Virus record (IMG/VR): IMGVR_UViG_3300028394_000067
DNA length: 64,000 bases
Source: an uncultured virus (IMG/VR IMGVR_UViG_3300028394_000067)
Taxonomy: Duplodnaviria; Heunggongvirae; Uroviricota; Caudoviricetes
Strand: one strand, 5' to 3'
This document shows, piece after piece, positions 35,901 through 45,812 of the stretch. The translations under genes were made by a program, and so were the position numbers. The notes beneath the pieces are model-generated. The model did not search any database. It was not told where the DNA came from and saw nothing but the letters and a program-made list of their open reading frames with translations. Position 1 is the first letter of the stretch, and the number at the start of each line of letters is the position of its first letter.

Positions 35901-36188
35901 ATGCTCTTCTCTAACGATAGCGACGACATTTTTAACTTCAATTCTTCTGTGCTTCCTAACGCTGATTATGCTAAGAGGGTAAAGAACAACTTAAGGGAAA
36001 GCATTCTCGACTACACCGGAGACGAGCAGCTTACTAAACAACTTAGTGAAGATATAAAAGAAATCTTGTACGAGGAGTATCAAGCATATTTAGCTAACAC
36101 AAACCGCGTTTTAGATACAATTAAAGTTCTTTTTGCTGAAGATCTTATTGATCAAGAAGAAGATGAGTCAGGTGTAACCGTTTTTTAA
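35901..36188 (+). CDS. Hypothetical acidic protein
   Basis: 95-aa ORF with TAGACT upstream. Confidence 0.65.
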   Translation: MLFSNDSDDIFNFNSSVLPNADYAKRVKNNLRESILDYTGDEQLTKQLSEDIKEILYEEYQAYLANTNRVLDTIKVLFAEDLIDQEEDESGVTVF

Positions 36189-36196
36189 CCACGTGG

Positions 36197-36415
36197 TTAA
36201 TAGTCTTCTTCGCTAAGCTCTCCATTTTTTAAAGCTGCAACTACATCCTCACAGTTATATTTAGTTCCGAAGTACTGGATTACATAGTATCTTTTATTTT
36301 TGTGTATTGTTCCTGCAGTGTCTCCAGGTTTAATACGTCCGTTTTGTTTTGTCCACCTGAGTCCGCTAGGAGCTGAAGAGTCCAGCTCCAAGTATTCTTC
36401 AAATTCGTGTTTCAT
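36197..36415 (-). CDS. HNH-endonuclease N-terminal remnant-like protein
   Basis: EYLELDSSAPSGLRW...GDTAGT...YYVIQ resembles the N-terminus of phage HNH homing endonucleases; no HNH core. Confidence 0.5.
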   Translation of the reverse strand: MKHEFEEYLELDSSAPSGLRWTKQNGRIKPGDTAGTIHKNKRYYVIQYFGTKYNCEDVVAALKNGELSEEDY

Positions 36416-37125
36416 TTGACTTTGCAAGCAAGCTGCCAACCTGTAAAGAGTGCAAACTCAATGCAATTTGTTGCCGCTAGTGTACCTTCAACACCTTGTT
36501 TAACTTCGGGGTGAGCGAAATCGTCGAAAATACAAATGCCACCGGGTTTTACCATGGGTAAATACAGTGCCGTATCGCGAGCAACTGAGATTGGATCGTG
36601 TGCTCCATCTATATAAAGCAGGTCAATCCAACGATCTTGCCCGAATCGATGAATTAATTCAGGAAAAACTCCCCAGCTGTAGGCTTTGATTATTTCAATT
36701 TTTGCAGCGTTGGCAGATTTGGCGGCGTTACACCTTGCTGTGAGCTCAATATTCGCTAATTCTGGGTATTTTTCTGGTTCCGCGTGGTGTTCCGCACTTC
36801 CTGTAAAGGGATCAATCGAAATCAAACGTGAATCTGGGTGATCTAGATAAAAATCAGACCAGAAAACAGTTGAAGCTCCTTCGTAGACACCAATTTCAAC
36901 AATCTGGCGCTGCTCAAGCGGATCAATTTTTAAGCCTGTTGCCTCGTTGTTGGTTGAGAGCACCATGTCGGTGTTCAACAGAGCGTCATACCAGCTCTGA
37001 TTGAAAGTATATCGATCATCTAGTTTCTTCTTGTTCCCTTCTATCTTGATACGAGGTGCTTCCGTTGTCTCTTGTTTCATTTGAGACATGAGTTCTTTAA
37101 AGGAAGGCTTAGCACTCGTGGCCAT
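36412..37125 (-). CDS. Class I SAM-dependent methyltransferase (Methyltransf_24-like)
   Basis: VEIGVYEGAS, SIDPF, DLLYIDGAH, KPGGICIFDDF. Confidence 0.85.
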   Translation of the reverse strand: MATSAKPSFKELMSQMKQETTEAPRIKIEGNKKKLDDRYTFNQSWYDALLNTDMVLSTNNEATGLKIDPLEQRQIVEIGVYEGASTVFWSDFYLDHPDSRLISIDPFTGSAEHHAEPEKYPELANIELTARCNAAKSANAAKIEIIKAYSWGVFPELIHRFGQDRWIDLLYIDGAHDPISVARDTALYLPMVKPGGICIFDDFAHPEVKQGVEGTLAATNCIEFALFTGWQLACKVK

Positions 37126-37179
37126 TGGAAAGTGAGCGTTTCCAGCATGCTAGCACTACTTTGTTGACACGCAACAGTT

Positions 37180-37545
37180 GTGATGCTATGCTCTAGGTGT
37201 CACTACCTGCGTTCTATGGACTCTAAATTCAACTTTACTGCTGGCGCTCCTCAGCTTCCTCTCGTTGCTTTACTCTGGAAAGCACCTGAGCTTATCTCTT
37301 CGTTCATGATGCTGTTTGGTTTTTTTAGCCTTGTATATTTTCTCCATGTGAGTATTATTCCAAATTATAAAAAAGGGAGTATATACGAGGCTAAATGGCA
37401 AACCTCGTATACAAAATGCATGCTGCATCTAGAAGCTACTACACCGATTTCACGTCGTTCCGGGGTTGACAGCTGGAGCTTCAATTCTTATGCGGAACGA
37501 ACCTGTACACTCTGGGCGACAGAGCAGACACCTAAAGAGTCTTAG
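37180..37545 (+). CDS. Membrane hypothetical protein
   Basis: TM segment; likely start at the internal ATG (MDSKF). Confidence 0.5.
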   Translation: MMLCSRCHYLRSMDSKFNFTAGAPQLPLVALLWKAPELISSFMMLFGFFSLVYFLHVSIIPNYKKGSIYEAKWQTSYTKCMLHLEATTPISRRSGVDSWSFNSYAERTCTLWATEQTPKES

Positions 37546-37584
37546 TTATAGTAGGAGTTCTCTTTTGAGTGGCCTGGTTACTAA

Positions 37585-38214
37585 ATGGCTTATTTGAACC
37601 ACAACTTACCTGATTGGTCCTGTTACATCCGTAATGAATTTTTATACAACCATAAAAAAGGACAAGGAGAGGTGTCGCGCTGTGACGTTCACTCCGTTGC
37701 GTCGATGGAGAAAAGAGTTCCTTTGTTTGAATGCTTCTTAGAGAACGGAGTAAATTGGACTCGTAGACCACTACATTCACTTTGCTGGAGACCTGATGCT
37801 GTAATAGAGCCTCTTAATCAGATTATGTACTGGGATTGCTTTTCTTCCTACGTGGACGTTCAACGAAGAAATCGCCTTGCTGGGTTGAAAGCAGATCTTA
37901 TCCGTCCTGATGGCACAAAAGTCCAAGGTGATTATATGTTCACGCTTGACTGGGCGTTTGAGAACAAAGGTATGACGGATTTTAACTATTCAGAAACACC
38001 AGAGCATAAGTGTGCTCACTTATTCAAGGTTGAGACTGGAAATTATTATGCTTACCCTAACAATAGAGTTTTGTGGTACGACAGTGCCTGGACTTTTAAC
38101 CGTATTTCTGCAAATCCTGGATATGAAATAGACACTACTGTGTATTCAGTTGAAAATACTCGATCGTTTGAGACTTCTAATCACTATATTTATGACATAA
38201 AAGAAGTTGTTTAG
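37585..38214 (+). CDS. Conserved phage hypothetical protein
   Basis: MAYLNHNLP..CYIRNEFL, WDCFS, YMFTLDW, EHKCAH, GNYYAYPNNR. Confidence 0.75.
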   Translation: MAYLNHNLPDWSCYIRNEFLYNHKKGQGEVSRCDVHSVASMEKRVPLFECFLENGVNWTRRPLHSLCWRPDAVIEPLNQIMYWDCFSSYVDVQRRNRLAGLKADLIRPDGTKVQGDYMFTLDWAFENKGMTDFNYSETPEHKCAHLFKVETGNYYAYPNNRVLWYDSAWTFNRISANPGYEIDTTVYSVENTRSFETSNHYIYDIKEVV

Positions 38215-38251
38215 TCTTTTTTGATAACGAACGCCAACCAGCTGTGGAGGC

Positions 38252-38287
38252 AGCTTCATTCAAGCTTTTTAGAACTTGAATGAAGCT
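38252..38287. terminator. 13-bp perfect inverted repeat between convergent genes
   Basis: AGCTTCATTCAAG-N10-CTTGAATGAAGCT. Confidence 0.6.
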
Positions 38288-38299
38288 ACTGGTTCGATT

Positions 38300-38398
38300 T
38301 TACTTTTTCATACCGCCTTTACCGCCACCCTTACTACCGCCTTTACCGCCACCCTTACTACCGCCTTTGCTACCACCTGCTTTGGTCATGCCAGCCAT
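38300..38398 (-). CDS. Gly/Lys-rich microprotein (32 aa; not in ORF track)
   Basis: MAGMTKAGGSKGGSKGGGKGGSKGGGKGGMKK; TAGAAT upstream at 38423-38428. Confidence 0.6.
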   Translation of the reverse strand: MAGMTKAGGSKGGSKGGGKGGSKGGGKGGMKK

Positions 38399-38510
38399 GA
38401 GACTTGTTGCGAAGTACACTAAATTCTAATTTATTTTCTAATTTTTTATTCTGGTGCCCGGTGTTTTTGTAGAGCTGTTGTGTTAACATGTTGGGACAGA
38501 CGACCTGTTG

Positions 38511-39281
38511 ATGAGCGACTCGATTCCCGTATTAGGCACGGCTATTGTTAACAACCCTTACTGGTTACACCGTTTGTTTATGAGTATCGACTACCCAGTC
38601 GAAAATTTTGTTGTTTTTAACAATAACGGTCGCGGGCAGATAACAGAAGCAGTTGACAATATCCGTAATTGTTCCAATCCGTTTGTAAAAAAAGTTTATG
38701 TTACGCATCTACCTTCAAACATTGGATGTTCCGGTGCATGGAATTTAATCATTAAATCCTTCATAACAGCGAAGTACTGGGTTATCTCTAATCACGACGT
38801 GATGTATGAACCTGGGTTTCTCGAAGAAATGAATACGAAAGCACAAGACGACGAAGTCGGTATAGTTCACGGCAAAGGCGGTGGGTGGGATATTTTTCTA
38901 TTAAAAGATTGGATGGTGCAGAGATATGGATTATTTGATGAGAACCTATACCCAGGGTATTGTGAGGATATGGATTATGGTATGCGTTTTATTCATGACG
39001 ATGTTAAACGAGTACTGTCTTTAGATACTGACTATTACCACGGCAGACGAAAGGACTACTCCGATGGTTCGCAAACTTGGCGATCAGAGCCTCGACTAGA
39101 GCAAGCTATTCATGTTGCTCATGAGTTAAACAAGAGATATCTACACACCAAATGGGGAGAAGCGTGGCAAGCTCACGTTGACGGCGAAACCTACAAAAAT
39201 CCGTTTAATATCCCGGAGTTTCCCGTAGATTTCGTTACTTATGATCTAGACTTCGTCCGCCGTAAATACCTGGGGTTCTAA
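38511..39281 (+). CDS. GT2-like (GT-A) glycosyltransferase
   Basis: SIDYPV..VFNNNG, NIGCSGAWN, SNHD, GLFDENLYPGYCEDMDY. Confidence 0.8.
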   Translation: MSDSIPVLGTAIVNNPYWLHRLFMSIDYPVENFVVFNNNGRGQITEAVDNIRNCSNPFVKKVYVTHLPSNIGCSGAWNLIIKSFITAKYWVISNHDVMYEPGFLEEMNTKAQDDEVGIVHGKGGGWDIFLLKDWMVQRYGLFDENLYPGYCEDMDYGMRFIHDDVKRVLSLDTDYYHGRRKDYSDGSQTWRSEPRLEQAIHVAHELNKRYLHTKWGEAWQAHVDGETYKNPFNIPEFPVDFVTYDLDFVRRKYLGF

Positions 39282-39282
39282 G

Positions 39283-39960
39283 ATGCCTGATGTTCGCCAC
39301 CACATTGAAAGCTATTGTCTGTCAGTTGACGACGATCCTGCGGCTCAGAGCTTTGATGATTACCTTTTAGTTTGCGGTGCCGTGTTGTTTGCCTCGCAAA
39401 CGCAGTTAAAATCTACAAATCCTTTTGCAAACGCTTTTCCTGGAGATCATTATCGTTTGTTGGCAGGTCTCTTACACTATATTAAACCTAAGTGTATTGT
39501 AGACATAGGAACGCACTACGCTACTGGAACGCGTGTTATGTGCGATTTCGCGCCTAACGCTGATATTCACACGTTTGATCTCGCCCCGTGGGATACATTT
39601 GAGACTACATACTTAACGTCTGCCGATTTTGTTAGTAATGGGGGTCGAGTAGTTCAGTACTTAGATGATTTAAGTCAAGTTGCGGCGTTTGAAAAACATA
39701 AAAAACTTATGAATGAGGCTGATTTTATTATGTGCGATGCACCTAAAGATGGTGTTTTTGAAGAAAAATTCTACAGGTTGCTAGCTGGTTTGCAACTTAC
39801 AAAAAAACCTCGTTGGTTGTTCTTAGACGATATTCGTTTCCCTTCTGAGATGCTTAGCTGGCGCAGGGTTCAAAGTCCCAAAATTGATTTAACTTCTTTC
39901 GGTCATTTTTCAGGTACTGGTTTAGTTGACATATCTGAGGGTTTAAAGTTTTATGATTGA
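39283..39960 (+). CDS. SAM-dependent methyltransferase-like protein
   Basis: IVDIGTHYATG, TFD, FIMCDAPKDG, LFLDDI. Confidence 0.75.
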   Translation: MPDVRHHIESYCLSVDDDPAAQSFDDYLLVCGAVLFASQTQLKSTNPFANAFPGDHYRLLAGLLHYIKPKCIVDIGTHYATGTRVMCDFAPNADIHTFDLAPWDTFETTYLTSADFVSNGGRVVQYLDDLSQVAAFEKHKKLMNEADFIMCDAPKDGVFEEKFYRLLAGLQLTKKPRWLFLDDIRFPSEMLSWRRVQSPKIDLTSFGHFSGTGLVDISEGLKFYD

Positions 39961-39980
39961 CATAGCTTATTTTGTTTAAA

Positions 39981-40250
39981 ATGCCTTTTTATTCGTCGCA
40001 TCCGGCTGCTGGATGTCTCTTCAATAAATTAAAAACCGTTTTAGACGCAAAAAATATCTCGTCGTTTGCTCTTAGTAAAACGGCTGACTTGTCACCAACA
40101 ACCACACGGCGTATCTACACAGATACAAAGTATATACCGTCGCCGGATGTGCTTGAAAAATTATGTTTATCACTTTATTGTAATCCTGGCGATTTACTGG
40201 GTATTCACAGTAAAATGGACTTATCTGTAGCAGTGTGTTCAGGTGTTTAG
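39981..40250 (+). CDS. Cro/CI-type HTH transcriptional regulator
   Basis: LKTVLDAKNISSFALSKTADLSPTT...LEKLC..L.CNPGDL. Confidence 0.8.
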   Translation: MPFYSSHPAAGCLFNKLKTVLDAKNISSFALSKTADLSPTTTRRIYTDTKYIPSPDVLEKLCLSLYCNPGDLLGIHSKMDLSVAVCSGV

Positions 40251-40740
40251 TCAAGCCGATTACGAGTTAGCTGCTCGAGTTTTAGGGCTTCCAGTACCCC
40301 AAACTCCTGCTGAAATGGCGGCAGCCGCACCAATTACGGCTCGAGTTGTTCGTGAATTCGGGCGTGGGCTTCCTCCTATGCCTGGGATGGAAGAAGAAGG
40401 AATGTATACAGGAGCTACTCGTTCGCTGAATGCATACCCTAATAACACTCAGCCTATGCTCCGGGCTCAATTATCATCGCGATTACGTACAGAACCCGAA
40501 CGTCCGCACGAAGATAACTACTTGATGGAGCTGATTTCTCAGCTAGATCCTGAAGAGTTTGACTTGATTATGGATTTGCTGGTTAAACTTGCTTCTCAGT
40601 CTGATGAGCACATGGATATGTTGTCCAGTCAACGTCCTGCAGAATACGATACACCTAATTTAGGCGCCAATTATTCGATGTTGAATGCGCCTTCATCTAG
40701 CCACATCCCTCCTTCGCAAGAATATCAAACTCTTTCATGA
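40243..40740 (+). CDS. Hypothetical protein
   Basis: 165-aa ORF. Confidence 0.7.
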   Translation: MFSQADYELAARVLGLPVPQTPAEMAAAAPITARVVREFGRGLPPMPGMEEEGMYTGATRSLNAYPNNTQPMLRAQLSSRLRTEPERPHEDNYLMELISQLDPEEFDLIMDLLVKLASQSDEHMDMLSSQRPAEYDTPNLGANYSMLNAPSSSHIPPSQEYQTLS

Positions 40741-40979
40741 CAAACCTAACGCCTCGCCAACAACAACTTCGGGAGCGTGATGTTAGAAACTTTGCTCCTG
40801 AATTAGATCCTAATGCTTTTATGAGCATGTACATAGAAAGTAATTTTCCTCAGACAGTTGCGTATCCTTCTTCGCAACAACTTGCTCTAGGATTAGTGAA
40901 TATTAAACCGGAAAATCCGCTAAAATCAGTGAAGAAACCGCTCAGCGGAACTCAGTACGACAATCCCGGAGGTGTGTAA
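40737..40979 (+). CDS. Hypothetical protein
   Basis: 80-aa ORF coupled to both neighbours. Confidence 0.6.
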   Translation: MTNLTPRQQQLRERDVRNFAPELDPNAFMSMYIESNFPQTVAYPSSQQLALGLVNIKPENPLKSVKKPLSGTQYDNPGGV

Positions 40980-41530
40980 TGGCTAGAGCTGCTCGTTCAG
41001 GCGGCGGCGGTGGTGGTGCCGGGCGTGGTCTGCTTGATGCTTTTATTGCAGACTTTATTCTTGATAAAGTAGGAGGAGGCATTGTGCAGGGTGTAATAAA
41101 CCCTGGTGGTGGAGGGTTAGTATCTCCTCCTATTCCTGCCGCACAGGGTTCTAAATATAATCTTACTGCGCCTGATATTATAACTATTGAAAGGGAAGTA
41201 AATGACGAGAACTATCGTCGTGCATCGGCCAATGCAGCAGCTAAAGCGTTAGGACAAGACGAACCTTTTAAGACATATTTAAACGCTAATCAAATTATTA
41301 GCAATATGGTATACACTAATCGTCGATTAATGGAAGAAGCTGGTGCACGGGAACGTATGCTGGCAGAAGTTGGGGCAAGGGGTCGTGTTCAAGAAGCACA
41401 AATAAGGGCTGAAGGTGATACAGCTCGTCAGGCTATAGGTAGTGCGCTTGATGCTGCTCGAGCGATAGACACTGAGTTACTCCGAAGACCTGTCGATCCG
41501 TCTTTAGCTGAGCTCGCGAGGCCTATCTGA
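40979..41530 (+). CDS. Putative internal virion protein
   Basis: Gly/Ala-rich and helical. Confidence 0.55.
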   Translation: MARAARSGGGGGGAGRGLLDAFIADFILDKVGGGIVQGVINPGGGGLVSPPIPAAQGSKYNLTAPDIITIEREVNDENYRRASANAAAKALGQDEPFKTYLNANQIISNMVYTNRRLMEEAGARERMLAEVGARGRVQEAQIRAEGDTARQAIGSALDAARAIDTELLRRPVDPSLAELARPI

Positions 41531-42174
41531 TGTTTCCTCTTCCTGCTCTTCCTGCTGTTGGAGCTGCTGTGGGCCCTCTTCTTAGACTTGCTGGAAGCTT
41601 TGCTATACCTGTAATTGGTGGGTATTTAGGTTCTAAGTACGCTGAAGGACAAGCAAAACCTTCAAAACCAACAGTCACTGTGCCTCCTGTAGGACCTGAA
41701 TCTTCTACGGGATCTGTTCCACCTGCAGGAAGTGTTCCTCCTCCTTACCCAGATTTACCTCCCCCGGACAGAAATAATCCCCCCGGTGATCTTGGAGGCA
41801 GTTCTACAGCAGACCAGCTTGCGCTGCTTAAGTATGCCGAGGACATGGCAAGGAGACAAACGGAAGAATCAAGAAAGTTTTATCCTACAAAGCTTGAATA
41901 TGATTTTCAAGACTACAAAAGAAAAGCAGATATTGCTGGTCCACAAGCATTCCGACTTTCACAAGAAAAAACTTTTAGAGATACCCAACGAGACACAATT
42001 CTCGCGTGGCAAAAAATAACTGAAGCAACCATAAACAGGGATACACAACTTGCTTACGGCATGATGAACTTAAGTGCAACATTAGGAATGCCTAATCCAA
42101 ATGTTTTAACTGCTTTAGCTCCTTATTCACAACAGGCAACTGCCGCCTTTAAACCCGGATTACCCGTTTTCTAG
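41530..42174 (+). CDS. Putative internal virion/ejection protein
   Basis: Hydrophobic Gly/Ala N-terminus, Pro linker, helical C-terminus. Confidence 0.55.
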   Translation: MFPLPALPAVGAAVGPLLRLAGSFAIPVIGGYLGSKYAEGQAKPSKPTVTVPPVGPESSTGSVPPAGSVPPPYPDLPPPDRNNPPGDLGGSSTADQLALLKYAEDMARRQTEESRKFYPTKLEYDFQDYKRKADIAGPQAFRLSQEKTFRDTQRDTILAWQKITEATINRDTQLAYGMMNLSATLGMPNPNVLTALAPYSQQATAAFKPGLPVF

Positions 42175-42176
42175 TT

Positions 42177-42989
42177 ATGGCTTTTCTTCCTGCACTTGCT
42201 GGTGGTTTAGGGGCAGGCCTAGCCTCTGGAGGTATTGGTCTACTCGGAAGCTTGTTTGGTGGCGGTGGCGATAAAAAGGCCAGCAAACAGGCTACATATG
42301 ATCAAAATTGGATGGCCACGCAAACTGCACTTGGCGGTGGCGGTGGAGGCGCTACAGCTGCACCCATAGACTACTATGCACTGTTTGGAGCTCAAGCAGC
42401 AGCAGCAAATAATCCACTGACTGCAGCAATGCAAGGTCTTGCGACCCTAACAGGTGCCTATGGCGGTGCTTTAGGTCTTGAAGGAAATACGATTGCTAGT
42501 AGTCAACTATCTGTTTTAAAAGAAGCTCTAGATCAAGCTCAGAAAAAATCTGCAACACAAGCTAGTATCACAGCTGCCGCCGCTGGAGCTGGAATTGACA
42601 CAGCAAAAAATCTTGCAGCTGCAAAGCTTTCAACTGAATTAGCTGGGCCAAATTATTTAGCACAAGCTGGGTCTGCTAGTCTTGCCGGTGAAAATGAACT
42701 AGCAAAAACATTAGCGCAATCTAATATAGAGCTAAAAACACTACAGGAACAAACAAGAGCTGAAATAGCTGCACAACAAGCAGGTGCAGTTGCTAGTGCT
42801 TTCAAAACTCGAGCCAATACAGAAGGCAGCTTAGCTCTTGGGTCACAAGGTCGTGAAACGGCGTTGCAGCTGGAACAAGCTAGAACTCTTGGGGATCTTA
42901 CAAAGATTAAAGCTCAAACCAAAGCGCAGCTTGCAATAAAACAATTCGGAGCAAATCAAGCTTTAGCTGGACAGCGATTCTTCGCGTGA
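42177..42989 (+). CDS. Putative DNA pilot/ejection protein
   Basis: GLGAGLASGGIGLLGSLFGGGG N-terminus; Ala/Gln-rich coiled coil. Confidence 0.6.
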   Translation: MAFLPALAGGLGAGLASGGIGLLGSLFGGGGDKKASKQATYDQNWMATQTALGGGGGGATAAPIDYYALFGAQAAAANNPLTAAMQGLATLTGAYGGALGLEGNTIASSQLSVLKEALDQAQKKSATQASITAAAAGAGIDTAKNLAAAKLSTELAGPNYLAQAGSASLAGENELAKTLAQSNIELKTLQEQTRAEIAAQQAGAVASAFKTRANTEGSLALGSQGRETALQLEQARTLGDLTKIKAQTKAQLAIKQFGANQALAGQRFFA

Positions 42990-43516
42990 TTAAAGCAACT
43001 ATTGGGGACTCAACCACGGTCGGTTCGTGGCTAACTTCGCTTAACAAAGCGCAACGAGATTCTTTTACGTACTACGCAAAAAACAGCGTAAGCGATATTG
43101 AAGCTTATCTTTATGCTCGGTTTTTAACACCCAACTACACCGGCTCGATATCTGACATAACTGCTTGGGTTCAAGAGAAATATCCTAAAAGCGACTTACG
43201 TAAAGATCTATTAGTTGAAATAGATGCGTTAAAAGTTGACTTAGATAACGTCAGACAAATGACGGTAGCAGGTATGTTAGATTATGCCACAGCTGCTACG
43301 AAAATTGCAGTCCTTCAAAAAGAACTTCGTAGTCACATTCAAGCTGTTCGTCAGTTAACGGACGGCGTTGACCGTCGAGGTTTATTACTTGCCGGAGCAG
43401 ATCGTTGCCTGCGTGAACTTCTTAACAGTTTTCAAGACCAGCCCACGATGAGCTCCTTGATTGACGATGCTGCAATTGTTGTCTGGAGCACGATTGAACG
43501 AGAAGAGAAAACTTAA
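42986..43516 (+). CDS. Hypothetical helical protein (possible small terminase)
   Basis: 176 aa; last plus-strand gene before TerL. Function inferred from position only. Confidence 0.45.
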   Translation: MIKATIGDSTTVGSWLTSLNKAQRDSFTYYAKNSVSDIEAYLYARFLTPNYTGSISDITAWVQEKYPKSDLRKDLLVEIDALKVDLDNVRQMTVAGMLDYATAATKIAVLQKELRSHIQAVRQLTDGVDRRGLLLAGADRCLRELLNSFQDQPTMSSLIDDAAIVVWSTIEREEKT

Positions 43517-44598
43517 ACCGGACTTAACAAAGACAAAACGTTAACCACGGGTGTTCTGAAAATACCTATAAAGCAATCGTTCACACCTAAGGACATCACA
43601 AGTTCTTCTTCATTTTCTATAAAACAACCAAAAGGCAGGATACAAGCTGGTTGATTAGATATATCGTTGCCTACACAATCAGTCCAAGTTATAAGTTCGT
43701 CTCGTGTCGAACCCACAAAAAGAGGTTCTTTCATCATGCGTGTAATTTTTGTTTGTTTCTCATCAAGTGTGTATGCACCCAAGGAGTAAAGCAAGTAAGG
43801 TCTTTTATCTAATTCATACACCATGTATTTCCAGTGGAAAAACACAAGCCACTCATCGTCGACAAGAACAGGCGCCGTGGAGTTAAAAGTTGGGTGTTCG
43901 CCTGTTAATGTTTTTAGACAAGACGAGTCAATAGTTTTATCAGGTTTTCCAGGTGACTTTATAACTAAAGGGATTGTTGAGTACAAAAGCTTTAGTTCTG
44001 ATTTGTCGGTGTAGAAACACCAGTTCTTTTCGGAACCTCCGTCTTGTAAATTAGTGCCTATATCTGGAAACAAGCAGTCGGTTAGGTTGCCAAACTTGTT
44101 TATGCTTCCGACGCAGATTTTAGGAGTCTTAATAAGCGTGTGTTTTGTTGTGTCCCATTTACTTGCATACGTGCTTGTTACAAATTGACACTGCAGATTA
44201 TCGTCAGGGCTTATAAAAAGCCTGGGATCTTCGTAGCTAAGTCTGTGTTTAGCCGGTCGTAAATTTCGTGCCGCACAAATTGAATCATCCCCTACGAGTT
44301 CTCCGACATAAAGATCCGTAGGCGTGTTGTTATAGTAAAAATATTTGTTGTCGTGGCGGAAGACAAAAGGTTCAGGCTGTGTTCGCCATGCGATTAAAGT
44401 GGAGTTTTTGTGTTTTAAAATACAGGGACTGAAGTTTGCTACGTTTCGCTCAGGCAAACCATTGGTTATCCGTGTAAACGTCCCACCAATATTTCGTGCT
44501 TGTTCGTAAACAGAAGGGTATCCACTTGTCGTTGGGGTAAAAACAGTCTTAACAGCCCGGTTGTGATACGTACGATAGCGGTGAAACTGTAAGCTCAT
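43513..44598 (-). CDS. Beta-propeller glycoside hydrolase/phosphorylase-like protein (GH130-like)
   Basis: FSPCI, YEDPRLF, EKNW, FFH, SLGVND. Confidence 0.65.
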   Translation of the reverse strand: MSLQFHRYRTYHNRAVKTVFTPTTSGYPSVYEQARNIGGTFTRITNGLPERNVANFSPCILKHKNSTLIAWRTQPEPFVFRHDNKYFYYNNTPTDLYVGELVGDDSICAARNLRPAKHRLSYEDPRLFISPDDNLQCQFVTSTYASKWDTTKHTLIKTPKICVGSINKFGNLTDCLFPDIGTNLQDGGSEKNWCFYTDKSELKLLYSTIPLVIKSPGKPDKTIDSSCLKTLTGEHPTFNSTAPVLVDDEWLVFFHWKYMVYELDKRPYLLYSLGAYTLDEKQTKITRMMKEPLFVGSTRDELITWTDCVGNDISNQPACILPFGCFIENEEELVMSLGVNDCFIGIFRTPVVNVLSLLSPV

Positions 44599-45767
44599 TT
44601 CGAAATTTCCTCCATTGCTTTCTGGAAACCTTCAGCAATTTTGTCCCAACGGTACGAAGGGTTGGTTGTTACTTCAAAACAGTCGTTTGCTACTTTCTCT
44701 GCAAATTCTTTATTTCTGTACAAGTCCCCCATCTTGTTGGCCATATCTTTAATGTCTACGATACCTCGTTCGACACCTAGGTCTTTATCGTATATCCACG
44801 CTGCTACGTCAGCTAGTAATGCTTTGTTCTTCCACACTTCGGCAAACGACGTGTGGTTTGGTAGTACCTGAGGCTTTTTACAAGCTGCGTGTTCAAACGG
44901 AACTAGGCCCCAGCCTTCTCCGTTAGCTGTATTGATTCCGATATCACAAGCATTGTAAATTAAATTAAGTACGTCGTCTGGCGGCGCATTGCAGTAATCA
45001 ATATTGGTTGCCGTCATTAGTAGCCTTTGGTCTGATTTAAGTCCTCGTCGTTTCATTTCGGTTTCAAACAAGGCACGGATGTCCCACCCAAGATCCTTCT
45101 CGCTCATATGCAAATAGAGCATTGTATCTTCTTTATCTATTGCAAATTCCGCAAAAGCTTTTATGGTCAGGTCTATTTGTTTCCTTGGTTGGTTTCGATT
45201 GGCGTTTAGAACAATGAATTTATCTTCTGGTAATTGAAGTTGTTGACGAACCTGTGCTCTGTCTAGAGGATAGAACTTGGTTGTTTCTACACCGTGTGGT
45301 ATTACGCCGAGCATCTTAGGTTTAACGCCTAACTGCATTACCCTTTGCGCTTGTTCGATTGTAAACGTGATTGCGAAATCCCAATCTTTAACAAATCGCA
45401 TATGGCTTTCGATATACCACTGAGAGTCCAATGGGAAATAAGCTATAAACTTAAACTTATACTGTGCTTGCAGTAGATGTACACGCTCCCATACTTGGTT
45501 AACAATCCAAATGTCATTTAAGCAAATTATAAAATCTGGTTTTTCAGCAGTAATGATTTCAGGTAGTCGTCCGATACCAAATCGATCCTGTGGGTTTTTA
45601 GCTGCGGCAGGATAGACCTTGAAAGGAAGATCATGAGGATCACCCGTATAATTTATTCCTACAGCAACAATCTCGTTGTTTTTTTGTAAATGCTCTAGAA
45701 CACTGTGTGTAACTCTAGCAAACCCAGTATTTGAAAGGATATCACCGTACCACAGAATTTTCGCCAT
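44595..45767 (-). CDS. GT4-like (GT-B) glycosyltransferase
   Basis: TGFARV, IPHGVE, NANRNQPRK, YNACDI..NT..GEGWGL...E.AAC. Confidence 0.9.
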   Translation of the reverse strand: MAKILWYGDILSNTGFARVTHSVLEHLQKNNEIVAVGINYTGDPHDLPFKVYPAAAKNPQDRFGIGRLPEIITAEKPDFIICLNDIWIVNQVWERVHLLQAQYKFKFIAYFPLDSQWYIESHMRFVKDWDFAITFTIEQAQRVMQLGVKPKMLGVIPHGVETTKFYPLDRAQVRQQLQLPEDKFIVLNANRNQPRKQIDLTIKAFAEFAIDKEDTMLYLHMSEKDLGWDIRALFETEMKRRGLKSDQRLLMTATNIDYCNAPPDDVLNLIYNACDIGINTANGEGWGLVPFEHAACKKPQVLPNHTSFAEVWKNKALLADVAAWIYDKDLGVERGIVDIKDMANKMGDLYRNKEFAEKVANDCFEVTTNPSYRWDKIAEGFQKAMEEISK

Positions 45768-45812
45768 TTGGGGTTAGAATCTTGCTATCAGTATACAGAC
45801 AGTTTCACTTTT

